From NCBI GenBank assembly GCA_034780895.1, contig JAUZTB010000002.1:43714854-43778853 (forward strand): a DNA stretch of 64,000 nt, given 5' to 3'. Below, in pieces: positions 63,921 to 64,000 of this stretch. Position numbers and translations under genes: made by a program. The notes below the pieces were generated by a model. That model saw nothing but the letters and a program-made list of their open reading frames with translations, ran no database searches and was not told where the DNA came from. Each line of letters opens with the position of its first letter. The first letter of the stretch is position 1. This DNA comes from Rhynchobatus australiae (lineage: Eukaryota).

Positions 63921-64000
63921 TCTAGCAAATTTATGTCAGCAAAGTGACTCCCAAAGTTTTTGACTCTCCAAGGCTTCTGCACTTTCATCCAAGTCAAAAA

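Overview
Vertebrate genomic DNA from a gapped draft assembly. The repeat complement (CR1/HER1-like LINEs, HE1/V-SINE-like SINEs, Penelope-like elements, Rex/Babar-like LINEs) points to a shark or ray. The only well-supported gene is the 3' part of MCM9 (MCM8-9 helicase subunit) on the minus strand. It has nine coding exons between 61378 and 46066, all GT-AG bounded and in frame (2753 nt), carrying Walker A GDPGTGKS, Walker B IDEF, arginine finger SRFD and the long C-terminal extension. Its 5' exons lie beyond the right edge. Positions 1-46000 hold no recognisable coding exon, only transposon relics and AT-rich non-coding DNA. I found no convincing new multi-gene system. The most unusual items are: (i) a permuted 28S rRNA fragment at a LINE truncation point; (ii) Penelope-derived fold-back elements with hammerhead-ribozyme cores, including a 1.1-kb fold-back in an MCM9 intron; (iii) no ASF1A in the MCM9 intron that hosts it in mammals; (iv) a 62-bp Kolobok-like MITE; (v) a dense cluster of cardiac transcription-factor motifs at the left edge. 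Repeat boundaries are estimates by eye, and comparisons with human sequences are from memory, not from searches.
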